Shown here: one piece after another, positions 51,688-63,858 of the stretch
Layout: each line of letters starts with the position of its first letter
How positions within the stretch are numbered: position 1 is the stretch's first letter
NCBI RefSeq assembly: GCF_006345805.1
Contig: NC_042998.1
Coordinates: forward strand, 140,616,001 to 140,680,000
Direction of reading: 5' to 3'
DNA: 64,000 nt
DNA from: Octopus sinensis
Lineage: Eukaryota
Notes under the pieces: generated by a model
Databases searched by the model: none
What the model was told of the DNA's origin: nothing
What the model saw: only the letters and a program-made list of their open reading frames with translations
Made by a program: the position numbers and the translations under genes

Positions 51688-52270
51688 ATGTATGTATGTA
51701 TGTGTGTATATATGGATGGATGGATGGGTGGATAGATGGATGGATGCATATATATATGTAAATATGTATGCATGTGTGCATGCATGCATGTAAGTATGTA
51801 TGAATGTATGGATGCATGCATGCATGCATGCAAGCATGCATTTTGTATGTATGCATGTGTGTATGTATGTATGGATGGATGGATGGGTGGAAGGATGGGT
51901 GGAAGGATGGATGCATATATGTATGTATGTAAATATGCATGTATGCATGTGTGTATGTATGCATGCATGCATGTATGTATGGATGAATGGATGCATGCAA
52001 TCATGCATTGTGTATGTATGCATATGTGTATGTATGTATGTATGTATGTATGTATGGATGGATGGATAGATGGATGGATGGATGGATGGAAAGATGGATG
52101 GATGGGTGGATGGATGGATGCATGTATGTATGTATGCATGTGTGTATGTATGCATGCATGTATGTATAGATGAATGGATGCATGCATGCATGCACGCAGG
52201 CATTGTGTATGTATGTATGTATGTATGTATGTATGTATGTATGTATGTATGTATATGTGTATATATGTAC
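51636..52270. repeat. Compound tetranucleotide field (GTCT, GTAT, GGAT, GCAT) with higher-order repetition
   Basis: Direct inspection. Confidence 0.92.
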
Positions 52271-52720
52271 ATACTTCCTGAAAAGACGCTATATTTTCTT
52301 TCTGAAAGGACTTTCTTTGCCTATTTTTCACTTTTTCAAGTAATCTGAAGACTACAGATGGAATACTATGATCAGCAAAGTAGTATCGTTGCTAACAAAC
52401 ACCACGATATGTACACATGCACCCACACACAAACACACACGCACACATACATACACAGATATATATGCATACATATAGACAAACTTGTATATATGTATGA
52501 ATGTGTGTGTATACACACACACTTACGTATATATATATATATATATATATACGCACACACACACATACATACACACACATACACACACACAAATGGTTAC
52601 ACATTGCTGTTATAATGTCAAAAGCTTCTTGACATCTGATCATCGTAAACCAAGTGAAGGAATGACCTTATGCAATAAAGAGGATAATGTGGTGGTGGTG
52701 GTGGTGGTGGTGTAATCGTA

Positions 52721-52760
<40 letters not shown>

Positions 52761-52849
52761 CGACGACGACGACGACAACGACGACGATGACGATGATGAC
52801 AACGATGACGATGAGGATGCTGATGACGATTGTGATTATGACGATGATA

Positions 52850-52998
52850 ATCCTTTCTACTAGGCCTTGTGCCTAGGCACAAGGCCTGGATTTTTGTGGG
52901 GAGGGGAACAATAAATCGCATCGACCCCCAGTACTTGACTGGTACTTAATTTATCGACCTCGAAAGGATGAAAGGCAAAGTCGACCTTGGCGGAATTT
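52850..52998 (-). mobile_element. SINE family A right monomer
   Basis: atcctttctactagg..gcacaaggcctg..catcgaccccagtacttgactggtacttaatttatcgacc.cgaaaggatgaaaggcaaagtcgacc.tggcggaattt. Confidence 0.88.
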
Positions 52999-53049
52999 TG
53001 ATGGCGATGATAATGACGAGATAATGACGACGACAACGACGACGACGAT

Positions 53050-53118
53050 GATGATGATGATGATGATGATGATAATAATGTTTGTTGTACTGATGATGGC
53101 AGTGGTGGTTGTGAAGAC

Positions 53119-53166
<48 letters not shown>

Positions 53167-53211
53167 AATAATGTTTGTTGTACTGATGATGGCAGTGGTG
53201 GTTGTGAAGAC

Positions 53212-53253
<42 letters not shown>

Positions 53254-53298
53254 AATAATGTTTGTTGTACTGATGATGGCAGTGGTGGTTGTGAAGAC

Positions 53299-53343
<45 letters not shown>

Positions 53344-53388
53344 AATAATGTTTGTTGTACTGATGATGGCAGTGGTGGTTGTGAAGAC

Positions 53389-53424
<36 letters not shown>

Positions 53425-53466
53425 AATGTTTGTTGTACTGATGATGGCAGTGGTGGTTGTGAAGAC

Positions 53467-53497
<31 letters not shown>

Positions 53498-53599
53498 CTG
53501 ATGATGATGATGATGATGATGATGATAATGTTTGTTTTACTGATGATGGCAGCGGTAGTGATGGCAGTGGTGGTTGTGAAGACGATGATGATGATGATA

Positions 53600-53639
<40 letters not shown>

Positions 53640-53640
53640 C
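53050..53640. repeat. Minisatellite: six copies of a ~48 bp core separated by variable (GAT)n
   Basis: Core gataat(aat)gtttgttgtactgatgatggcagtggtggttgtgaagac at ~53071, 53164, 53251, 53341, 53422, 53524. Confidence 0.95.
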
Positions 53641-54029
53641 AATAATAATAAGTGTATCTCAAGATGCCATCGTTGCTATCAAAAAAAAAGAAAGAAAAGG
53701 AAACGAAAGCACGAGATAATATTTTACACAACTGATGAAAGAAAATGAAATTTGAAACTAAACATGGAAATGTAAATAATTTTTAAAAAACCCTCAATTC
53801 AATATCGAATAAAACAACAAAAAAGCATTCGTTTATAACTATGAAAGTACTTACATAAGTGAGGGAGAATGAGAGAGAGTGGGAGGAGGAGAAAGAGAGG
53901 GGAGAGAGAGCCTGGGAGAAGAATGTGAAATAAAGTAAGAGAGAGAGAGAGAGAGAGAGAGAGTGAAAGAAGGTATTAGAGAAAGCAAGAGTAAAGCTAG
54001 TACGTGTATCATTATATACAGCAAACACT

Positions 54030-54119
54030 CTCTCATCTTCTCTGTGTCTCTCTGTCACTCTCTCTGTATACCTCTCTCCCTCCCTCCCTCCCTGTCTGTG
54101 TGTCTGTCTGGCTGGCTGG

Positions 54120-54156
<37 letters not shown>

Positions 54157-54537
54157 TCCATTTTTTTTATCTCTCCCCATCTCCCTTTTCTATCTCTACC
54201 CCTCTGCATATCTTTCTCTCCCTCTCTCTCTTCATCAGTCAGTCTGTCTGTCTGTCTATCTGTATGTATGTATGTATGTATGTATGTATCTGTCTCTCCC
54301 TTGCTCTCTCTCTCTTGCTCTCTCTTTCCTGCTCTCTTTCTCTCTTGCAATCTCTCTTTCTCTTTCTCTCTCTCTGTCAATTGGTCTGTCACTCAGTCTC
54401 TCTCTCTCTCACTCTTGCTCTCTCTCACTCTTGCTCTCTCTCTTGCTCTCTCTCTCTCTGTCTATCTATTTGTCTATCACTCAGTCTCTCTCTTTCTCTT
54501 GCTCTCTCTCTGTTTGTCTATCTGTTTGTCTGTTACT

Positions 54538-54576
<39 letters not shown>

Positions 54577-54990
54577 GATTACAATATTTAATGTATCTTT
54601 TATTTATTTATCTATTTATTTATTTTTTGTAAAATTATTACAAAAACTCAATAAAAGCAACAACAGCACGAACAAAAAGAGGAAAAACAACAGTAAAAAC
54701 AACAACGACAACAACAGTTGCAACAGAACAACGATAGCAACAACACCAGCAACAACAGCACAACACGAATAGTAACAAGTATCAAAGCAGCAAAAGCAAC
54801 ATCAGCAACAGCAGCAACAACAACGACGACGACGATGGTGATGATGATGATGATGATGATGATAGCAACAACAACAACAACAACAACAGCACAGCACGAA
54901 CAGTACAGTAACAAGTACCAAAGCAGCAAAAACAACAACAACAGCAGCAGCTTCAGCAGTAGCAACAACAACAACAACAACAATAGCAAC
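54030..54990. repeat. CT-rich low-complexity tract followed by CAA/CAG/GAT repeats
   Basis: Direct inspection. Confidence 0.9.
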
Positions 54991-56064
54991 AAACCAATTC
55001 CATCTAGTCGATGAATTAAAAACTGTGGCTCGCGTTAGCAACGCTTCATTTGTGACAACATCAAGTGTTTAGAGAAAAGTCATTAGCGATTGTGCATTAT
55101 GAAAAACTACTTAATTAGTAAAAGGATAAAAAAAAAATCAAAAAAACCACGTACAAGAAATAAGGAACAAAACAAAAAATAAATTTAAAAAACAAAAAAT
55201 ATTGCAGTGGCTTGTCTCAGGTTTACTGGTGACATTTCTAAATTGGTGCTTCTGGAATATTCTATTCAAGACACATCAATATTGATAGAATCGCAACCGA
55301 GCGAGTGTCCCTGTTGCATGATAAACCAAAGTGGTTTCGATATCTGAAACTGGGTAAATTCACTTCTTTTTACATCGAAGATCCACCTGAGAAAAGGCAC
55401 CAATAATACCTTCACAAGGGTCCCATTAATATCCATAGAGGCTCTAAGTACTTAAAAGATTTTGGTGTCTCCCATATATACGTAATTCAAAATATCAACA
55501 ATAATAAACCAAAAAATGAATTTTTATTTTTCAAAATAAAACAAGTCTAACAGTAAGATGGAAAATAAGGTTTATTTTGTATACTTCCACTTTATTTATA
55601 TTCGAAAAGTTTTTTTTTTTTACTTTTTTTAATTGGAAATTGATCAGGTCCTCACTATGGCACTATGAACACATCAAAATCATATTTCCGATCAAATAAA
55701 CCACTTCGAATATTATTTTAGCAAGTTTAAAATGATTCCGTTTGTGCCGTAAACTCTTTACCATTTCTGTGGTGCTTCCCTTTCCTTGATACTCTTAACA
55801 CGTGCTTATTTTGCTTAATGGTTAATCTAGCTTTGACCTTCACATTTAACTTCTTGATCATATCTCCTTTCCCAAGATTTAGTTCACTCATCCTTACCCA
55901 CCTGGGAAAGGGTATGAATACTCACACACCTGATTTCTCGATTATTTCCCCTTTCTTAAGATTTTGTGCTTTTGTGTTCAGGCCAAGGTGCTGTTGTGTT
56001 GAGGTAAGGCTAAGTCATATCATCAACACCTAGATATTACTATCTCGAGTCCTATGACTCATAG

Positions 56065-56272
56065 GCACGATTATCCGGTTTCCATGGCATACTAGTGACC
56101 AAGACTACAACACTACTCACTGAACAAGATGTTTGTCAGTCGCAGACTTACTCATTTACAGCTGAGTGAAAGTAAGTGTTTTGCTCAAAAACACAGTTCG
56201 GTCCGGGGATTGAAACCGCAATCTTGCAATTGCGTGTGCAACACCTTAACCACTAAGCCACGCACCTTCACT
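56065..56272 (-). mobile_element. SINE family B
   Basis: Minus gtgaaggtgcgtggcttagtggttaaggtgttg...ggtttcaatcccc...ttgagcaaaacactt..cactcagctgtaaatgagta. Confidence 0.85.
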
Positions 56273-57604
56273 TCGCTGTTGTCCAGTTCAATGCTTCCAC
56301 TTAAATACGGAATCCATTATCCAGCAAGCATTCGGGTTACGTCTCACGTTTGAGGCAATCCTCCATAAACCTTATCACCAGTATTCGAGGCCTTGTACAA
56401 GTTCATGGATACTACTTCCTTTCCTGGTTATAATACGGGTGAAATAAACATCAGAGAAGATTTGCCTTATGCAGAAATTGCATGAGTTGCCTTAAAGATT
56501 TTGCAAGCTCTTCTCGTGATAGTAACTAAGGCTATCGCAATGTTGGAAACCCTTTTGTTTCTTCTTCATCAGGTATCTCAGGATCACAAGGGTTTCTCTC
56601 CTTAGCCATTACGCTTCACCTAAGAAGACATGGTCATTGACAAGGTCCAACGTGACTGAAATGCAGCTGGCGTTCTTGCCCGCCGCTTCTGAATTGATTT
56701 TCGCCTCCCTTTGATGTATACTGCGTTTTTAAACACTGAACGTCCATAAGAGAAGTTATCTCTAAACGAATACCGCAGAAAGTTTGCCTTCCGGCAACGG
56801 CTTTACACCAAGTGTGATACATAGATGGGCATATATATATATATATGTGTGTGTACATCTTTCGGCAATGTGGAGTAGCCGAAAAAAAAAAAAAATGAGA
56901 GAAATGATGCTTTCGGTTAAAAATTCTGCGTTTGAGTTATTCGGTCTTACTTTCGTCAACATTCCCTTATTAATCTCACCACTTTAAATAAGTTGTGTGA
57001 GAAGTCGTTCTATCTATGCTTAGTTGATAAGGTTAATATATTTACTTAAATGTTAACATACTTAATGCAAAATGAATAAAATAATTATGCAATAAGGAAA
57101 AATTACTAATATTATTTTAATAATTACGGCGATTAAGGGTAACAGCTTTGAAGATGTTTCTACCTTATTATGATCAGCGATGCATACACTTAACTAGACT
57201 TGCAGATGTAGAGAAGGGACTGTAGTAGTGTAGTAATTCTCAATTTCCTTAATACTGGAGGCTGAAAAGATTGGCTGTAATTAGGCTTTTACTCTTGTAA
57301 AAATGACAGTACAGTATCCATCAGTAGTAGCTGCTGGTCGGTACACAACCATGCCTTTTAATACCTTTACTAAGCCTCGTTTACATTTCAAAGCCTCGTT
57401 TTCCACTGGTTGTAGTAATATTAACAGTAGTGAGTATAACATGCATAGTTATAGTAATAATATCAGTAATTATCACCACAGGGATTCCACAAGTATGTAC
57501 ACTTATCGAAATAGAAAGACTTGAATCGTTCAGAGAATGAATTTGTTAGAGAAGTTAACCGCTTGTTATGAAAAGTGGCAGCTAAGTTCATATTTAACTT
57601 TTAG

Positions 57605-57790
57605 CTTTTAGTCGTTTAAGAAGTTGGACTGCGGTCATTCTGGGACACCGCCTTGAAGGGTTTTAATCGAACAAATTGATCCTAGTACTTATTTTTTTCT
57701 TTAGCCTGGTACACAATCTATCGGCGTCCTTTGCCGAAACCTTAAGGAAGCTACAACGCAAACCAACTTACACCGTTGGCATGCGATAAT
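57605..57790 (-). mobile_element. SINE family C 3' part, degenerate
   Basis: gactgcggtcat.ctgg.acaccgcctt...gaacaaattgatcctagtactta..ctatcgg..tttgccgaa. Confidence 0.75.
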
Positions 57791-57858
57791 GGCGTGTGGT
57801 AGTGGACAAACACTGGCACAGATGTATGTGTGTGTGTGTGTGTCTCTCTCTCTCTTTC

Positions 57859-57897
<39 letters not shown>

Positions 57898-57906
57898 TCG
57901 TGTGTG

Positions 57907-57966
<60 letters not shown>

Positions 57967-58031
57967 TGTCTGTCTGTCTGTGTGTGTTTGTGTTTTCTGC
58001 CTGTCTTTGCCTCTCTCTTTTACTCTTGTGA

Positions 58032-58124
58032 GTTCTAGGTAGTTAGCAGCAGCTAGTTTGATATGAATTCTTGTCTTTTTGACAAGAATTCATATCATAC
58101 TAGCAGCTGCTAACTACTTAGAAC
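58032..58124. other. Near-perfect hairpin, 44 bp stem with 5 nt loop
   Basis: gttctaggtagttagcagcagctagtttgatatgaattcttgtc-ttttt-gacaagaattcatatcatactagcagctgctaactacttagaac; two mismatches and one G-U pair. Confidence 0.9.
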
Positions 58125-58399
58125 CCACAAGAATAAAAGAGAGAGGCGGAAAGAGGCAGAAAAAAGTAAAATCTCCCTTGCATTTGAAAACTATGGAAAT
58201 ATATTTGTTTTAAATTTCATTTAATTTTTCCACAATTTAATTGTTTTTCATACATTACTCAAAGTTGAAAAAGTCGCAATGATTAAAACCGGCACTAAAA
58301 TGTTCTTCATGATAAAATTATTTTAGCATTTTCTACCTTGTTTTATTTTTCTTATACATATCAACTCGTGTGTTCCACACACACACACACACACATATA

Positions 58400-58809
58400 T
58401 AATATAAATAATATATAAATATATGCATGTATACATACATATATGTACATACCTACATATATATGTATATATACATGCATATATGGGTACAGGACATCAA
58501 AAAAACGTTGAACACAATGAGAAACGAAAACAAAAACAAAACATAGAAAACAAACTTTTTTCGAACAACGAAAAAAACAAACAGAGAAACGAGACATGCA
58601 ACATAAAGAATATTCCCCTTCATCAGTTGTCCCTGTTTCATCTACTCCGCGTTCGAAGGCAAGAACAAGACACGACTTCGTTGAAACAATCCTTCCCGTA
58701 AAGCAAATTAAATAAAATTTGGAATTTTTTGCGGAGGGTGAAAGTGGTAACAAGAACAGGACAGTGAGAACAAGACAGTAAAAACAAACGGTGAGAGCTG
58801 TTAGAGAGC

Positions 58810-58845
<36 letters not shown>

Positions 58846-59723
58846 AAGAGAGATAAAACTTACTTGGAAATGGATGCGACGCGTTCGATCATATGATAAT
58901 ATAAATAGCATACATATATGCATATATACATATATGTACATATCTACATATATGTATATATGCATATGTGAAACGAGACAGGCAACATAAAGAACATTCC
59001 CTTCATCACTTGTCTCCTGTTTTATCTACTCCGCGTTTCGAACGTAGGGACAAGACGCGACTTCGTTAAAACAGTCTTTTCCGCAAAGCAAATTAGAAAA
59101 AATTTGGGATTTGCGGAGGGTTAAAGTAGTGACAAAAACGGAACAGTGAGAACAAAACAGTAAAAACAAACAGTAAGGGCTGTTAAGCCATAACGAGGTG
59201 AAGTGTTGAATGCTGGAGAAACGATCTTTGAGAAGAGACAGGCAAAAGCATGTCATGTCTTTAGGAAGGAAGTGGAAGAAAAATAGATAGCCGTTGGTCA
59301 CGTGTGAGCAGCGAGAGAGTCAAGGAGGAAAAGTGAGGGAAAGAGAGGGAACAGTAAAGGGGTGAGGAGAAGAATTAGAGAAAGAGTGAGGAAAAACAGA
59401 AAAGAAGAACAACAAGAAAGAGAGATGGAATAGTGATAGGTTCTAGAGTGCGCATCGGAATTTTTAAGATAAAACTTACTTGGAAATGGATGCGTGACGT
59501 TCGATCATGTAATAATATAAATGATATATATATGCATATATACATATATGTACATACCTACATACATATGTATATATACATGCATATATGGGTATAGGAC
59601 GTAAAAAAACGTGAACAAAATGAGAAACGAGAACATAAAAAATAAAAACATGGAAAACGAACTTTTTTCGAACAACGAAAGAAACAAACAGAGAAACGAG
59701 ACCGGCAACATAAACAACATTCC

Positions 59724-59725
<2 letters not shown>
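58400..59725 (-). mobile_element. Tandem array of three degenerate family D (Penelope-like 3' end) units
   Basis: Repeated gggtacaggac..aaaaaacg..gaaca.aatgagaaacga and ttcatc..ttgtc..ctgttt.atctactccgcgtt blocks; minus translation ..AFNTSPRYGL weakly resembles a GIY-YIG C-terminus (TLxPxGLN). Confidence 0.7.
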
Positions 59726-59786
<61 letters not shown>

Positions 59787-59880
59787 CGTACATATATGAG
59801 AAATCTAAGGGAAGAATTACTATGTAGCTAAAAGTTGCTTAAGTGTCCCAGGAAATAATACTGGGAAAATATTAAAATAT

Positions 59881-60110
59881 CAAGACGAACGCTCGAGATG
59901 TTGTTAATACATTTATATTATAAAGTCCTCTACATACGTTTCGACGGATGTATTCCTATTTGATGAGCTTGTTATCATAAACCTCCTGAAGAGATTGGTG
60001 CACTGATGACCATTATTCATCCTGCCGGACATTTTGGAATGCACCTGTCGAAACGTATGTAGAGGACTACATGATATATATGGATAACAACATCTGGAGC
60101 GTTCGTCTCT
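59881..60110. repeat. Short inverted repeat (59881-59945 vs 60047-60110) overlapping a hammerhead
   Basis: agtcctctacatacgtttcgac / gtcgaaacgtatgtagaggact; aagacgaacgctc.agatgttgtta / taacaacatct.gagcgttcgtct. Confidence 0.85.
59982..60065 (+). ncRNA. Type I hammerhead ribozyme
   Basis: cctc-CTGAAGA-gattggtgca...tgcacctgtc-GAAA-cgtatg-TA-gagg. Confidence 0.65.
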
Positions 60111-60139
60111 TTTTTATATAATATAATATATATATATAT

Positions 60140-60545
60140 ATATTCTTTTATTCTTTTATTTGTTTCAGTCATTTTAACTGCGGTCATGCTGGAATATCGC
60201 CTTTAGTCGAACAAATCGATCCTAGGAGTCATACTTTGTAAGACTAGTACTTATTCTATCGATCTCTTTTGCCGAACCGCAAAGTTTCCGATTCGTAAAC
60301 ACACCAATATCGGTTGTCAAGCACTAGTGGAGGAACAAACACAGACACACACACACATATATGTATATATATATACACACACACATGTATATACGACGGG
60401 CTTCTTTCAATATCCGTCTACCAAATCCACTCACAAGGCTTTGGTCGGTCCCAGGCTATAGTAGAAGACACTTGCCTAAGGTACCATGCAGTGGGACTCA
60501 GAACCATGTGGTTGGGAATCAAGCCTCATACCACACGGCCACTGC
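60140..60545 (-). mobile_element. SINE family C, full length
   Basis: Same architecture as 28690-29089. Confidence 0.9.
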
Positions 60546-60579
60546 GCTTGTATATACACACACACATATATGGCACTCC

Positions 60580-60875
60580 ATCGGTTACAGTGATGAGGGT
60601 TCCAGTTGATCCAATCAACAGAACAGCCTGCTCATGAACTTAACGAGTAAGTGGCTGAGCACACTCCACAGACGCGTTTACCTTTAACGTAGTCCTCAGG
60701 AAGATCCAGTGTGACACAGATTGCGACAAGGCTGGCCCTTTGATACACAAGTACTACCCACTTTCGTCAGCTGCGTGGACTGGAGGGACGTGAACACAAC
60801 ACACCGCAGGGAATTGAACTCACAACCTTACGATCGTGAACTGAATACCCTTACCACTAAGCCACGCACCTTCAT
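60580..60875 (-). mobile_element. SINE family B, near full length
   Basis: Minus tgaaggtgcgtggcttagtggtaaggg...gagttcaattccc...aaagggccagccttgtc...atcaactggaaccctc..gtaaccgatggagtgcca. Confidence 0.88.
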
Positions 60876-60909
60876 TTCATATGTGTATGTGTATATATAT
60901 GTATATATA

Positions 60910-60967
<58 letters not shown>

Positions 60968-60978
60968 GTATATATATG

Positions 60979-61033
<55 letters not shown>

Positions 61034-61086
61034 GATATATATATATATATATATAATATATATATATATTATATATATATATATAT

Positions 61087-61121
<35 letters not shown>

Positions 61122-61125
61122 ATAT
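60876..61125. repeat. (TA)n field
   Basis: Direct inspection. Confidence 0.95.
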
Positions 61126-61283
61126 ATTACATTAAAAGAAAAAATCAAAAGCAAGGCAAAACGAGTCATTTAGAATAATTTAATTAGGGTAAGGTGAATT
61201 CGACGTTAATTAAATTATTCTAAATGACTTGAAATACTCGTTCTGCCTTGATTTTGACTTTTCCTCTAATATAATATATACCT
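61119..61283. other. Imperfect hairpin (~65 bp arms, 20 nt spacer)
   Basis: gtcatttagaataatttaatta / taattaaattattctaaatgac core, extending outwards with a 7 nt indel. Confidence 0.85.
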
Positions 61284-61439
61284 GCTATAATGGAATCCTA
61301 ATACCGATCTCTCGATCCAACCTTAGCTGTGATCTTGGAACCTAACGGTCGACTAACTATACCACTTACCCAGCGTACCTATTCGTTTAGATCACAAGTA
61401 AACTAAACCCCTTATATTCTTCATATATATATATATATA

Positions 61440-61620
61440 TATGATATAAAATCCGTTCTGTCTGTCTGTGTGCGTGTATCTTCTAGGATCTCGGGCATCC
61501 TCCATCCAATTGCGCTCAAATTTGATATGTAGATACCGACGCTATCAGGGCGTGTATAAAAGTCTTGAAAAAATTACAAAAATCGATTCCAGGTGAGAAT
61601 GCGATCGATAAAGCCGTTTT
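61440..61620 (+). mobile_element. Possible Helitron-type 5' segment
   Basis: atataaaatccgttctgtctgtctgtgtg..ccaattgcgctcaaatttg resembles Helitron/DINE-type 5' regions; no 3' end seen. Confidence 0.35.
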
Positions 61621-62074
61621 TGCCCTGCTTTTCTTCCGTCAACCTGTACATAACTGCACCTTCCATTTTTTGTTGTTTTTGTACTGCTTAAAGGCACGTT
61701 TCTTTCTTGCCAAGCTTACTATTTAAACCATGTTTGTGTTCTCTCAGTCAACAGCCATATCATTACTGGTACTTTAAACTCTTCGGTTGCATATTTGTGC
61801 GAAATAAAATCGTTTTTCTTTGGAATAGAAAAAAGTCTATCTTTATTTCTTCTTTTGCTGGTGTCTCAAATTTAGGTTAAATCAGTATTTCTCAAAGGGG
61901 AGGCCTATGGGACGGTCGTGACAAGTTGTTTTGAGAAAATTTGGTTTAAATGTTTGACAACTCTGCACCGTCCATTGGACGGGGGGCATTTTGCTCATAT
62001 ATATATATATTTTATTTATTTATTCATTTATATATATGTACATATATGTATGTATGTATGTATATATATATATA

Positions 62075-63185
62075 TGTTAATCTTGTTGCTTATGGAGTGT
62101 TCTATATATCGTATTTTCTTTGTTATTAATTATTAATAATTTAGACATACTTTGATAAATAGATGGGTCCGTTTTTAAATGATTTATGTTTATTAATCGA
62201 ATAACTCTATATAAGTTATTATTCACATTCATAAATTTGTTTAGGTTGGTGGGGGTTTTTAATAGTATATTGCTGAGTAGGGAATATTACTGTATGTATG
62301 TGGCTGAGAGTATGTATCTGCTGAATTTGTTACTCATCTGTGTTGGAGTGGCGGTAGGAGTGCGGTTGTATGTGAGTGATTGTGTGTGAATGTGTGTGGG
62401 TGTGCATTGCTTATGTGTAGAAATGTTGTTTTTCTTTTGAGTGTTTATGTATGTGTGAATATGTGTGTGTGTGTGTCTGTTTGCGTAATTTATTTATCTG
62501 TATGGGTGTGGGTGTGAATATATTGGTGTATATATCGAGTTTTGTACGTATGTATATGTATGTGTGAGTGGGTATATGTATATGTTGTGGGTGTGTGTTT
62601 TACGTGTGTGTATTTGTGTGTGAATGTATAGATTAGGGGGATTGCTATATAGGTATGTTATTGTGTATGGTAAAGGGAGGTTTTATCATTATATGTATAT
62701 GGGTTTCGTTTATCATGGTTGTTTTATTAAAGAATTTTGTAGTAAATTCTGTCTATTTACGTTGATTAACATATTATTCCATTCTATTCCATTCATAATT
62801 TTTAAATAAAGTTCGTTCACCACGCGCAAAGAATTTATTATAAATATGTTCTATTCCTATGGTAACGTAATTTTGTAAACGTTATAATGGTTAGACTTTA
62901 AATTCACTTCATAAATTAAAATTGAATAGAAGGTATGTATTTTTTTCTCCTTATGTTAATCTTGTTGCTTATGTTAATCTTGATGATTATGGAGTGTTCT
63001 ATATATCGTATTTTCTTTGTTATTAATTATTAATAATTTAGACATACTTTGATAAATAGATAGGTCTGTTTTTAAATGATTTATGTTTATTAATAGAATA
63101 ACTCAATATAAGTTATTATTCACATTCATAAATTTGTTATAGAGTGGTGGGGGTTTTTAATAGTATATTGCTGAGTGTGGGTGTG
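62075..63185. repeat. Direct duplication of ~210 bp (62075-62282 and 62950-63180) within TG-rich sequence
   Basis: ggagtgttctatatatcgtattttctttgttattaattattaataatttagacatactttgataaataga... present twice, nearly identical. Confidence 0.9.
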
Positions 63186-63858
63186 CATTGTTTATGTGTA
63201 GAAATGTTGTTTTTCTTTTGAGTGTTTATGTATGTGTGAATGTGTGTATGTGTGTGTGTTTGTTTGCGTATTTGTATATGTTTGTTGCATGCATGTGGTA
63301 TTTGGATATGTGTGGGTGTGTGTTTGTTTTAAGTATTTATGTATTGTTGTGGTATATATGTGGTATATGGTATTTGGTAGTTTATTGCTAAGAATGAAAT
63401 GTTTATATTGTTGTGGTTGAGTATATGCGGCTGCTGGATTTGTGGTTGTCATGAAGAGTGAGTGTGTTTATGAATAAGGGTTGTATGTGTGTGTGAGGGA
63501 GTATGAATAAGTAATGTGTTGAAGTATTTGGCTATTTTATTAATTTATCGTTGCCTAGATGTTTATGTGTATGTATAGAGATTTATATATGGGTGTGTGA
63601 GTTAGTGTATGTATTTAGATATGTTTATATATACTTAGATATATGTGTATGAGCATGTGTGTATATATAGTTTAATTTTATTTTTGTTTTTTGTTTTTAT
63701 ATTCAATTGTTTATAGAGGTTATTTTAGATTATATATTGATTATATATAGATTATATATAGATTATATATAGATTATATATATTTATATTTTTTCATTGA
63801 TAAATTTATATTATTTTAAACTTATATTTTAAAATATTGATATTTTTAGATCGGAAAT

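Noticed and set aside
51740-52200. Cluster of TGCATG (Rbfox-type) motifs
   Set aside because: Arises automatically from (GCAT)n repeats, and no nearby exon is supported.
53050-53640. CRISPR-like repeat/spacer appearance
   Set aside because: The spacers are just (GAT)n of varying length, the context is eukaryotic and there are no cas genes; it is a VNTR.
56330-56620. Possible RTE 3' remnant on minus
   Set aside because: Only vague similarity after several assumed frameshifts.
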